A stretch of DNA of 64,000 nt, taken from Macrostomum lignano. Its lineage: Eukaryota. Within the stretch, counting starts at the first letter, position 1. Each line of letters begins with the position of its first letter. Position numbers and translations under genes: made by a program. Positions 39,920 to 51,666 of the stretch are shown here, one piece after another. The notes under the pieces were generated by a model, which worked only from the letters and a program-made list of their open reading frames with translations, had not been told where the DNA came from and did not search any database. The DNA lies in assembly GCA_002269645.1 (NCBI GenBank), contig NIVC01001140.1:52242-116241 (forward strand), written 5' to 3'.

Positions 39920-41027
39920 GCGCAACTAAGCTGGTAATAGCAGCAGCTTATGGTTCGATTTTTACCGGCTGTTACAGACATTATTTTTCATGCAAGGCAG
40001 TTGAACTGCGTACTTTAGATCTGTTTCAGTCTGTTTCTTTGCCTACTTGGAATGGTCTGCAACAGTTTTATGCAGAGGCAATTCAGTTCGCTTATAAGCA
40101 GTCAATTATTCGAAGGGTTTTGCTACCAACGTTCCTGCAATTCCGCTGAGGCAATTGGAATTCGGACCTCCGTACAGTTTCTCAGTACAGTATTGGAATA
40201 TAACTGGGTGGTATTGAGGCGATTTTGTATGATGAGTTTAACCAGAGCTTCTAAATAATTATGATGGCGCTTTAACGCTCAGCAGTCTGCACTTGAACTA
40301 AAAACACCCTCAATTGTTACAGCTGCGGTTTCAATTTTTGCAAGCTTTTTCAAGACTATAGTGAGGTCGAACAGCTGAGTAGCTTTTGTTTTCAGTAGAC
40401 TTTGTTTTTATATCGTGTTGTTAAAGTTGTCTTATTGTTTTTCCGAGTCTCAGATTTATTATTAATAGAGAGCTCCTCGTATATGTCCTGTAAACTGCAG
40501 ACCACTTTTACTCCGGACTGTGGACTGTAAAAGTGCTGCATGTACTTTCGGTGAGTGTAATAAACTGGTATCGTATTTTAGTGTACACAGCTTTCTGAGA
40601 TTTATGAGCAGTGTGTGCTCTGAACGATAACCATAAATTATGAATAGAACTTGCTTTTTTCTTTGGCCCATTGCACCAGCGGGATCGACTAAAGCCTCGT
40701 AAAGACAAGCCTTTATCGAATTAGTTACAGCAAGCTGTTGCTGTGGAAGCAGTTTAAGTCGTTAATTTATTGGTGCCTAGTAGTCAATAAGGCTTGCGCG
40801 CCTTGAACAATAGAGGAAAGACTAACAGAATTTATAGCTAGCATTATGTACGCTTGATCTTGCAATAGTGCAACTGTACATGCGGAACATCTGAATGAAT
40901 CAACTATCAGTAATAACTGATAACATTAAAATGCTCTATAAAACAGATAAATAACTCTCAGGCATTCTTACAGGTAAAATAAATAACTAAAATGTGAATA
41001 CTGAGATGAGTAATTAAAGCTTGTGGC

Positions 41028-44000
41028 TCAGCGAGGCTCTGCAGCCAGGAGTGGCGGCTGGTGGCAGAGCAGCGCCTCGGTCTGGCGCGACCAGAACAGC
41101 AGCAGGTCGGACCAGCAGTGGCGCATCCACAGCATGCCCAGCACAACGCACAGGTGCCAGTGGTTGTGGCTGTGGCCAGCGAAGTCGAAGCGGCCTTGGG
41201 TTGAAGAGACAGAAGGCATAATAAGAATATTGACTAGAGTTTTTGCCAAAAAGGGCAATATTTTATTTATTATTTATTAATTTATTACCATAGAGATATG
41301 CAGTACACGATCGTAGCACAATGTTCTTTTAACAGCCTGATTTATTTTCAATGATCGACAAAAAAGCAACTTATAAAATGACCAAAATTAATAAAATATG
41401 AGCAGAATAATTTTTCTGTACATCTTATGTAGGTTTATATTTTAAATAGTAGTTTCTGAATACCAGACTCAGTATTGTTTTAGTTGATGATTAAGATAAT
41501 AAGTGCTATCTTAATAGCACTTGATGGATAGCTATCGATAACTATTGTTTGATAACTAGCCTAAAGCAAATACCATGGACCACAGGGACAAACTTCATGG
41601 AGCAGCTGTCGACGCAAAATACACTGGTCTACTTTTACTGGGATGTAACAGGCATCACATATTTTGGTGAAAAATTATTCTCATAAGATTTTGTTCTGCA
41701 GTTAAAATTGAGACAAGTGGACTGAGTTTCACAAAATACTTGGATGAAATGTTTTGCATTTTAAAGCTGTTAATAATAATAAAGTAAAAAATACTACACA
41801 CGTGGTATGTGTAAGATGATCTAAAATCTCATCTCAGACCATATATCCCATTGTGGAGTGCTTGAACGCACTCAATGAAAGGTTAGACCGTTGCAATTTT
41901 AGATGCCAGCTCAAGCACTGGAATGGAGCCGGACCAAACCGAAAGCAGTCGATACCTTGCTGGACCAATCGACCAGAAGCGCCGAGACATCATCCCACCA
42001 TAGAAGCGCCGAGACATCATCCCACCATAGAAGCACCGAGACATCATCCCACCCTAGAAGCGCCGAGACATCATCCCACCCTAGAAGCGCCGAGACATCA
42101 TCCCACCCTAGAAGCGCCGAGACATCATCCCACCATAGAAGCACCGAGACATCATCCCACCCTAGAAGCAACGAGACATCATCCCACCATAGAAGCAACG
42201 AGCCATCATCCCAACCTAGAAGCAACGAGACATCATCCCACCATAGAAGCGCCGAGACATCATCCCACCATAGAAGCGCCGAGACATCATCCCACCATAG
42301 AAGCACCGAGACATCATCCCACCCTAGAAGCGCCGAGACATCATCCCACCCTAGAAGCGCCGAGACATCATCCCACCCTAGAAGCGCCGAGACATCATCC
42401 CACCCTAGAAGCACCGAGACATCATCCCACCATAGAAGCGCCGAGACATCATCCCACCATAGAAGCACCGAGACATCATCCCACCCTAGAAGCGCCGAGA
42501 CATCATCCCACCCTAGAAGCGCCGAGACATCATCCCACCCTAGAAGCGCCGAGACATCATCCCACCCTAGAAGCGCCGAGACATCATCCCACCCTAGAAG
42601 CGCCGAGACATCATCCCACCATAGAAGCACCGAGACATCATCCCACCCTAGAAGCAACGAGACATCATCCCACCATAGAAGCAACGAGCCATCATCCCAA
42701 CCTAGAAGCAACGAGACATCATCCCACCATAGAAGCGCCGAGACATCATCCCACCATAGAAGCGCCGAGACATCATCCCACTCTAGAAGCAACGAGACAT
42801 CATCCTACCATTGAAGCAACGAGACATCATTCCACTCTAGAAGCAACGAGACATCATCCCACCCTAGAAGCACCGAGACATCATCCCACCCTAGAAGCAA
42901 CGAGACATCATCCCACCCTAGAAGCAACGAGACATCATCCCACCATAGAAGCGCCGAGACATCATCCCACCCTTGAAGCAACGAGACATCATTCCACTCT
43001 AGAAGCAACGAGACATCATCCCACCATAGAAGCGCCGAGACATCATTCCACTCTAGAAGCAACGAGACATCATCCCACCATAGAAGCGCCGAGACATCAT
43101 TCCACTCTAGAAGCAACGAGACATCATCCTACCATTGAAGCAACGAGACATCATTCCACTCTAGAAGCGCCGAGACATCATTCCACTCTATAAGCAACGA
43201 GACATCATCCCACCCTAGAAGCGCCGAGACATCATTCCACCCTAGAAGCGCCGAGACATCACTCCACCCTAGAAGCCGAGAATAGCAAAAAATCGTGAAG
43301 CAGCTTCAGAAAGAGTTTAAAGCAGACACAATGAATTGGGTGGGACACTTGCAAACCAAGAATGGTCAAAGTGCAGACCATTGAATGTACTGAGGCTTTA
43401 TCTGAGAACAACGAGACAAATTCGAGCACCGAGTGCTATCCTGATAGACTTCATGCGAACGTGTCTTCTTTTCTAGAGTCTTAAGTCGGCGTGAAATCTC
43501 ACCATAATCGGTTTGGACGGGAGCTTTGAGTCAGGCTTCATTAGGGCCTGACATCGCCTTAGTCAAAAGGGCTTTGCTAGCAGTACGCCAATAAATAAGA
43601 TAGTGAAAACATCGCGCATTCTCACCTGGGAGGCAGCGCTCTGGAAACTGCGAGACATAGAAGCCGAAACCGAGCAGGCCGATTGCGTAAAGCGCAAGAA
43701 CTTTGGGAAGAAAGTGCTGGAATGGGAGATTTCACTGCTTGTGTTCGCCGCATAGTAAATTGGCTACAGGTCTGTGGGCACCATGGCGCAACGCCTTTAG
43801 TGACATCAGGCAGCGCTGAGACGATTCTGCTGACTCCTAAGCACAGATATTGTTCAAGCGCGCCAATACTGTACACTCTGTGCCTTGGGGGTTGGCCCTC
43901 ATGGCAAGCCCTCATTGATTTTCTAATCGCTGGGAATGTACACTCTGTGCCTTGGGGTTGGCCCTCATGGCAAGCCCTCATTGACTTTCTAATCGCTGGG

Positions 44001-47000
44001 AATGTACACTCTGTGCCTTGGGGGTTGGCCCTCATGGCAAGCCCTCATTGACTTTCTAATCGCTGGGAATGTACACTCTGTGCCTTGGGGGTTGGCCCTC
44101 ATGGCAAGCCCTCATTGACTTTCTAATCGCTGGGAATGTACACTCTGTGCCTTGGGGGTTGGCCCTCATGGCAAGCCCTCATTGACTTTCTAATCGCTGG
44201 GAATGTACACTCTGTGCCTTGGGGTTGGCCCTCATGGCAAGCCCTCATTGACTTTCTAATCGCTGGGAATGTACACTCTGTGCCTTGGGGGTTGGCCCTC
44301 ATGGCAAGCCCTCATTGACTTTCTAATCGCTGGGAATGTACACTCTGTGCCTTGGGGGTTGGCCCTCATGGCAAGCCCTCATTGACTTTCTAATCGCTGG
44401 GAATGTACACTCTGTGCCTTGGGGTTGGCCCTCATGGCAAGCCCTCATTGACTTTCTAATCGCTGGGAATGTACACTCTGTGCCTTGGGGTTGGCCCTCA
44501 TGGCAAGCCCTCATTGACTTTCTAATTGCTGGGAATGTACACTCTGTGCCTTGGGGTTGGCCCTCATGGCAAGCTCTCATTGACTTTCTAATCGCTGGGA
44601 ATGTACACTCTGTGCCTTGGGGGTTGGCCCTCATGGCAAGCCCTCATTGACTTTCTAATCCCTGGGAATGTACACTCTGTGCCTTGGGGGTTGGCCCTCA
44701 TGGCAAGCCCTCATTGACTTTCTAATCGCTGGGAATGTACACTCTGTGCCTTGGGGGTTGGCCCTCATGGCAAGCTCTCATTGACTTTCTAATCGCTGGG
44801 AATGTACACTCTGTGCCTTGGGGGTTGGCCCTCATGGCAAGCCCTCATTGACTTTCTAATCCCTGGGAATGTACACTCTGTGCCTTGGGGGTTGGCCCTC
44901 ATGGCAAGCCCTCATTGACTTTCTAATCCCTGGGAATGTACACTCTGTGCCCTAGGGGTTGGCCCTCATGGCAAGCCCTCATTGACTTTCTAATCGCTGG
45001 GAATGTACACTCTGTGCCTTGGGGGTTGGCCCTCATGGCAAGCCCTCATTCACAAGGTTGGCTTTTATTTAAATCGCACGACAACCCCGGCCAATTTTCG
45101 TACACAAGCTCCAAATTAATGTGGCCTTTCACGGAATCGAATCAGGGATTCCCCTGAAGCTGCTCTGCCCCTTCATACTCGCCGCATACCTGCGGCAAAG
45201 CAATACCCAGCTTACCGAAACAAGAGGCGAAGAGATGCCGCCGCAGAGGTGGACCCAGTGCAGGGTGGGCAGAAGGCCGTAGCCCACCAGACAGCAGTAC
45301 ATGGGCAGCACAATGCGACGGAAGGCCCTGGACGATGTGCGCAGGCGCAGCGAGAAGTACAGCACGGCAGCGCAAAGGCTGCAGCAGATGCACATGTACA
45401 CCTGGCGCCAGTACTGCAGCAGAGAGGGCAATCAGTTGTTTAGTGAACACTTGCATATCAGATATAAAACGGCCCATTGAACTGCTTTTGAAGCTAAGGG
45501 GGTGATGGTGGGAGCATTTTATAAGCTCGAAAGTAGTTGCATCGTCTAAAAATGCTGCTTGATGAAAATTTTAAGGATTTTGACTATGTAAAATTTATAG
45601 CTTCTGGATTCGACCGCAATTTTTGCTTTTGGCGATGTGAAATTTCTAGCTTGTGAAGTTTTGATCGCATCAAATTCACTGCCTTCGAGGATGTGAACTT
45701 TTTGAGCCTGCAAAGACTGCCGGTGCATCTTACCGGATGGCAGCGGAATCCGAAGTGCACCGCGGGCAAGTAGCAGCCGACGATGCCAACGCAGATGCCG
45801 GCCTGGTCCAGCGCCAGCCAGCGCTTGAACGCCCGCTGGGAGTGGCAGCGAAACGTGTGGTAGCCGGCCGAGAGCAGCATGCACGCCTGAGGGGCGGGGC
45901 GCAGTGAGGCATTGTGAATGAAATGCTTTAATAATCTGTTCTGATTTTGGTCCTTCCTTTCTATTGGGTTCGACAATGCTTTCAGCGACGATAAAGTTGA
46001 CAAGTTGGACAAGTTGACAAAGCAAAGTCAGGTCGAACAAAGTCAGGTTGAAGTTTACCCAACAGTGTTGCCAAATCTGAGACTGGGTTGAAGGGCCGAC
46101 TAGCCGTAGGCTTGAACATGTGGTCTAATAGGGAGTATCTTATGTGCGGATTGACTTGATGTGTCTGAGGCGTCGCCTGCTAATTGCCAATCAATAAGGG
46201 CTCGATATCCGGAGTCCAGCGATGTAGGAGGGGAGGGGCGAGGAGGCAAGAGAGATTCTTACTCAAATATGAGCTCAGTTTTATGCATGTCTTTCAGCTG
46301 TTGGCGGTCGCATATGGGGAAAATCAGCTGATAAGAAGTGCATTGAGAAGCGCAGATAGACAATAAAAATGGATTACACCTGCCCAGTTGGGTCAGATGT
46401 GCAACCGACAGCTCAGCCGCAGCTATTGCACGGCGCATCTGAAGGCTGCGTACGGCTGCTCAATCCAAAGACTGGGGGGGGGGGGGGGGGTCCGCCACAC
46501 ACGCTCAATTGCCCCAGCTAATTCTGGTACCCATTTTACAGCTGAGTGGACTGAAGCAATGCAGAGTTATCTGTAAGTGTCTAGCTCAATTGCACAAATT
46601 GTTCCAGTACGATCGGGAATCGAACCCTCGACCTTCAAGTCGTGAGTCAAATGCTCTAACCACTAGGCTACACCCCATTGCAGATAGAAACAGCTAAATT
46701 TCACCAATTCAGTGCCAGCGCCAACCCAGGAGGCTCCCCAGGCTCACCTGAAAGCAGAGCAGGGAAGCGGCCGTTACGACTCTGTCGCTGCGCTGCTCAC
46801 CCCGAAGCCAGACAGGCTCGCAGAGATCCATCAGCATGAGCACAAAGAATAGAAAGAATGCCAGCAGATGTGACCAGATGTTGACTGTCTCATTGGTCCA
46901 CAGGAACATGCTGGCAATGGTGCAAGTAGGCGAAAATGCATGCAATTCAGAATAAACACTGGCGACCATCAGCCCATTTCGCCAACCCCTGAGCAGACGA

Positions 47001-47888
47001 CGGCTCAGCGCACACGCTGCATCTCGGATTCTCGGTGGTTGGACGTCATGAGTAAAACAAATCGCCCACCTCCTGGCCAGCATTGCTGCGCCAACTCCAA
47101 AATTAATTTGGACGTGCAGCGAAATCGAATCAGGGAACTCCAAAGTGTACTGGCGAAATAGGAATGCTTCAGTTGTTGGCACAAAAGAATATACTTCCCA
47201 ACAACTTTCTAAGATCATTTTAAAGCCGTTTAAAATCAATTCTAAGCCATTATGCGTTTGGCCCGATGCGGTTTCACAAGCTTACCGACTGTCATTTCGG
47301 AAAGATCACTACTGCAGACTGACAAACTGGCCTACCTCTCCAATGTGCTTCTTTCTAAACGGATTTTCTCGACTAACTGCTCCAGTTCGAAAGTTGTCCA
47401 TGGAACCCCCATTTGCAGATGGAATGCAGTCAAATAATTCGTGTAGAAACTCTCAGTACTTCTGTTTCATTCCGATTTATCTTCAGAATTCTAAACTTAT
47501 CAGCCTCCAATCAGACAGCAACTTAATATGTATATTGGAAGTTCACACGATGATAAAATCCCTAGCTATTGCCCCGTCTCAAAGCGAAACCAGGTCTCCG
47601 AAAATTATTTCATAAATTTGAGTTGTGGCAGGCAACTCACCTCTTGAGGCACTGGAAGGCAGTCAGGTAGCTCGTGTAGCCATTTCTCAGATAGGCATTG
47701 TGCTGCAGGAAATGCGGTACATCGTCCAGCCTTCTTACTACAATTGGGTCGCCCTGGCAGGAGGCTGGTAGGCTGCAGCGCTTCAACCTGAACAGGTCCT
47801 CCTCATTGACCTCCACATCCAGAATGAGGCAGCGGGATGAGCCATTGCGGCCTGCATGCTTGTACTCTGTGCGGACTGAGGCTGGCAT
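41028..47888 (-). CDS. PAQR3: PAQR3-like (progestin/adipoQ receptor, haemolysin-III family) 7-TM protein; exons 47641-47888, 46748-46910, 45734-45886, 45216-45413, 43626-43716, 41028-41194; 339 aa
   Basis: Family motifs NETVNIWSH, SAGYH, LDQAG, YWRQVY, PTLHW, FPERCLPG and SHNHWH. Six GT-AG exons total 1020 nt with consistent phases. Similarity to human PAQR3 is recalled from memory, not aligned. Confidence 0.92.
41975..43276. repeat. 27-bp minisatellite, ~48 units, PAQR intron 5
   Basis: Same unit as 23204-23992, with additional variant units. Confidence 0.95.
43870..45050. repeat. 66/67-bp minisatellite, ~17.7 units, PAQR intron 4
   Basis: Same unit as 24594-24906. Confidence 0.95.
46470..46676 (-). 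mobile_element. tRNA-derived SINE, CORE-like (3' end uncertain), in PAQR intron 2
   Basis: Minus strand shows A-box TAGCCTAGTGG (46660-46670), B-box GGTTCGATTCC (46616-46626), then CACTCAGCTGTAAAATGGGTACC resembling the CORE-SINE domain. Confidence 0.75.
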
Positions 47889-49193
47889 GGCTGCAGAGAG
47901 GAAGACAGGGTAGCTTAGCTGAACCTCTAAGGCAGGTGTGCACTCAAGTATTAGCAATGTTGGCATTCATCTAACAAGTGGGCTTTTGAAAAATGAAATA
48001 GATGGAACCTTTATATGCAAATACTAATATGCAGTAGAATTCAGTTATTAAAGCAGCCAATGCTACACATGTTTTCCTTAATTTATGAATAATATAAATC
48101 ATATTCATACATTAGATATCCTTGGCACCAAAGCTCATTTGACAAATTGTAGCTTAATATGAATATTAAGATGCTCCATTAAATATACTTTAAACTTTCT
48201 ATTCTCATCTTAAAAAATGTTAGAATTTGATAATGCCTATAATTATTTTATCTTTTTAATTATTTACATTTAATAATCCAAGGTGATAACCTTGGAAAAA
48301 CTACTTTTCTAATTTAGACTTTTTGTGGTATAAATTTCAATATCAATCTATTATATAGCTTATATTGATCTACCACAATACACATTGCATGCCATTTGTG
48401 TATGCTCATAACTACACTTTCTTCAGTTGCACAGATATTTAAAAATAAAATGCATCTTGTGTATGCTGACATTTTTAAATGCATGCCAGAAAATTTTGGC
48501 ATGCACTATATCTTCTAGAGATAGGTATATACCATAGTCTGGATCATGCTAGATGCACATCTAAACAAAAATTGATAATTATAAATGCACGCCAAAAAAA
48601 TTAAGTGTATGCCCATTTTTAAAACTCCACTAATGTTGCAACATATGACCTTTTTTATGTTATAACAAAAATGACATTTTTCAAGTCAATGCGTAATAAA
48701 TCTTTTTAACAGATAATTTGGTTAATTTTCCTGCTTTTTGGCAAAACTATTTATAGTGGAAAATTGATATATGCAAAGATTTTTTTAAATGCCTTATTGT
48801 GAGCTTATAAACCCAGAAAGTAGGAAATTTACATTCAAAAATAAACTTTTTTCACTTTTTTTCTACTTCACAATAACTTTTCTACAATTCTATAAAGTGC
48901 ACGCAAGGTGTATTTTCTTAGGAATGATGCACACCAACTGTGCATGCCTACTTTTGGCATGCAAGGCCAATGCACGCCTAAATTTTTGGGCATATACTAC
49001 ATGATCTAGAGTGTGGGGTGTATATAGTGTGCAAGACAAAAATTCTTATATGCATAGTGTTTACTTGGGATTATGTATAGCAACCAAATGATGCTCCTAA
49101 AGTTTAAAACATTTTAACTACTTTATATGTCTAGGCCTAGGCCTATTGCCTATAATATAATGTTAGAGGGCCTATTCTATAGTATAAAGTATC

Positions 49194-50123
49194 GGCTATC
49201 CTTCAGCTTTGTTCGTTTATTTATTCTCAAACTATAATATTATTTTTTACATCTTTTTCAGCATGGCAGGTTGCCCATCTGCTCCGACGACGATTGTCCC
49301 ACCAGCTGAGGTCAGGCCAACGACTGACCTATGCGATCTTCCATTCATGAAGATGCGTGACCTCACTATCCTGACTACTGACATGCAATCTGTGATACGC
49401 TGGCTGGCAAAGTATCGGCTGCTGCCCAACGAGCGCCAGTGCCACAACGACAACTGCCCTACAACACCCCAAATGTGGCTTCAACATCGTCAAGGTGATT
49501 GTTACGTTGATGGCTAGGCCTGGGCCTGCAAGGACTGCTGCGCTCAGGAGTCCATCAGGAAGGGCTTGTTCTTTGAGCGTAGCCACCTGCAGCTAACCCA
49601 ACTGGGACTTCCTGTACTGGTGGGCCCTCAAGACACCGATGAAGGACACCATGCGGCAATGCAACTTGACGGCATGGGCCATAGCTGTCAATTGGGCCAA
49701 CTTCTGCCGTGATGTCTGTGCCCAAGTCCTGATTGACCACCCCATGCAGCTCGGTGGCCCAAATGTGGAAGTCGAGGTGGACAAGTCTAAGTTCTTCCAC
49801 CGCAAGTACCACGTTGGCAATTACCGTGAGGGCCACTGGGTGCTTGGCATGGTCGAGAGGAACAGCAACAAGTGCATGATGGTCATTGTCCCTGATCGAC
49901 GTGCCCAGACACTGCTGCCCATCATGCCTGGTTCTTGGGTGCTGACCAACAGGTGGCAGGCCTACAATGGCCTTGCCATAGCTGGCTATGCCCATGCCAC
50001 CATCTTGTTTCGTGTTGCGACAATCGTCGTTGAAGCAGATAGTCTACCTGCCATGCTGAAAAAGAGGTAAAAAATAATATTATAGTTTGAAAATAATTAA
50101 ACAAACAAAACTGAAGGATAGCC
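49194..50123 (+). mobile_element. Merlin / IS1595 (ISXO2-like) DNA transposon, internally deleted, with a pseudogenised transposase
   Basis: 105-bp TIRs beginning GGCTATCC; exact 8-bp TSD AAAGTATC. Transposase motifs SIRKG.FFERSHL, LGGPNVEVEVD.SKF..RKY..G, WVLGMVER and VPDR.A.TLLPI. Stop at 49515-49517 and a frameshift near 49605. Confidence 0.9.
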
Positions 50124-51511
50124 AAAGTATCATATCATATTGGTACTGTTGAGTTGACACAATTTACTAGGCCTAGCCTACTGAATACTCCCAGATTACT
50201 ATAACCTTTGGAAAACATAGTTAAAGTTATAGAGTTGCAAAACTTTCCAATACATTTATAACTTATTTGTATAATATATTTTTCCTAAGGCCAAGGGCCC
50301 AAGGGGCATAGACACTTGGGCTTTTCACAAAGATTGGTTCTAGAACCAGAATAATTCCAATTCCAAAACTAGAATCTGTAGGAAAATGAAAAGCCTCAAA
50401 CCGATTTTATGTTTGTCAGTCTTACAATTTAATTTAATTTTGTCCTTCACTTTACTTGACTTTGTTTCTCCTCTTGTGGATATAAGAAAAACAATAATAA
50501 TAAAACAATAAAAAATTAATGATTTAAAATATATTTTACTGTTAAAGTAGCCTATAATAACTTTATAAGTACTTTAAGCTACCTAGACTTTGTGCTAGGC
50601 CTACTTGAAATTGAAACTGCTTACTAGGCAGGCCTACTTTAATTTTACTTACCTAAATGGGTAACTGGCTAACTTCTAATCTGAAATCTGAATTTTTCCA
50701 GTTTTCGCATTTCCTCGAAACTCATTTCATCATTTCATATCTGCTCTACACCGTTTATAACGACAACAAGAGCTTTCTATAGTGCTAGAAATGAGCATAA
50801 TTTCTAAAAGAAATTAAAAACCTGTTCATATTGTGATGAATAAGGCGAATAAGACGGATTTGTGTAGCGGTTAATTTAGATAGTTCACGATTAGTTAGCA
50901 GATCGGCAAGCCGCTTTAACCCTTAGACTTTTGCTAGTGCTACTTAAAATTGCTGGATCAGTTAATTATAACTAATTGGTGTGCCAAGGTAGACGGCGGA
51001 AGAGTTGGTGTAAGGAGGCCAGACAGCGTCACAGCTAAGGGTTAGCGAGCCTAGGTCGAGAAGCGAAGCAAGGGGAAGGGCGAGAGCGGCTGCTGACTGT
51101 AGTGTAAGCATATATTTAAAGGTAAACAGATAACAACACCCTTAATCCAAAACCCAGACAAACAACCCCCCACGCGGCGCGCAATGTACATGTACAAATT
51201 AATCGATAAATATATCATGCAAGAATAACTTACGTCAGTACAAGTACATAGGTAGAACTACTTTATGAGAAATAATAACGATATGAATGAAATACAAATA
51301 ACGGAATAAATACATACGAGGCTACAAAAACAAAGCAATTAACAGTAAAAATAGCGCGATAATAATACGAACGAATATTGTTAAAATAAATGAAAGAATA
51401 CAGTAGTAGTACGGTATGCATATGAAAATAAAGAAATACGATACACGCTTCTACGAATCACACTGTCACAATATATTTGCTTACAAAAATAAATGAAAAA
51501 AACTAAAAATT

Positions 51512-51666
51512 AAATATTTACATTTCAGAATCATAGCGCGGTTCTGGAGCCGATAATCAAAGCCTATCATCGCTTTTGGCCTATTAAGGCCTATTACATG
51601 TAGTTGCCAAATAGGCTTTGATTATCGGCTCCAGAATCGCGCTATGAAACTGAAATGTAAATATTT
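51512..51666. repeat. ~155-bp hairpin / tiny MITE with ~55-bp inverted arms
   Basis: ACATTTCAGAATCATAGCGCGGTTCTGGAGCCGATAATCAAAGCCTAT and its near-perfect reverse complement, flanked by AAATATTT on both sides. Confidence 0.8.

Noticed and set aside
41853-43193. His/Pro-rich ORFs (EAPRHHPTL)n here and at 23031-24014 as metal-binding proteins beside NRAMP
   Set aside because: They are translations of a 27-bp intronic minisatellite that is open in several frames on both strands, with only GTG starts and no splice or codon evidence. Stranded RNA-seq or Ribo-seq would be needed to revive the idea.
46600-46676. tRNA gene (A and B boxes); likewise the tRNA-Leu matches at 51726-51809 and 58824-58907
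   Set aside because: The first has no acceptor-stem closure and continues into a SINE body. The others are only ~20-nt 3' ends including CCA, i.e. primer-binding sites.
48500-49030. Possible old MITE upstream of PAQR3 (partial inverted similarity around GATCATG)
   Set aside because: The arms are too degenerate and no TSD could be defined.
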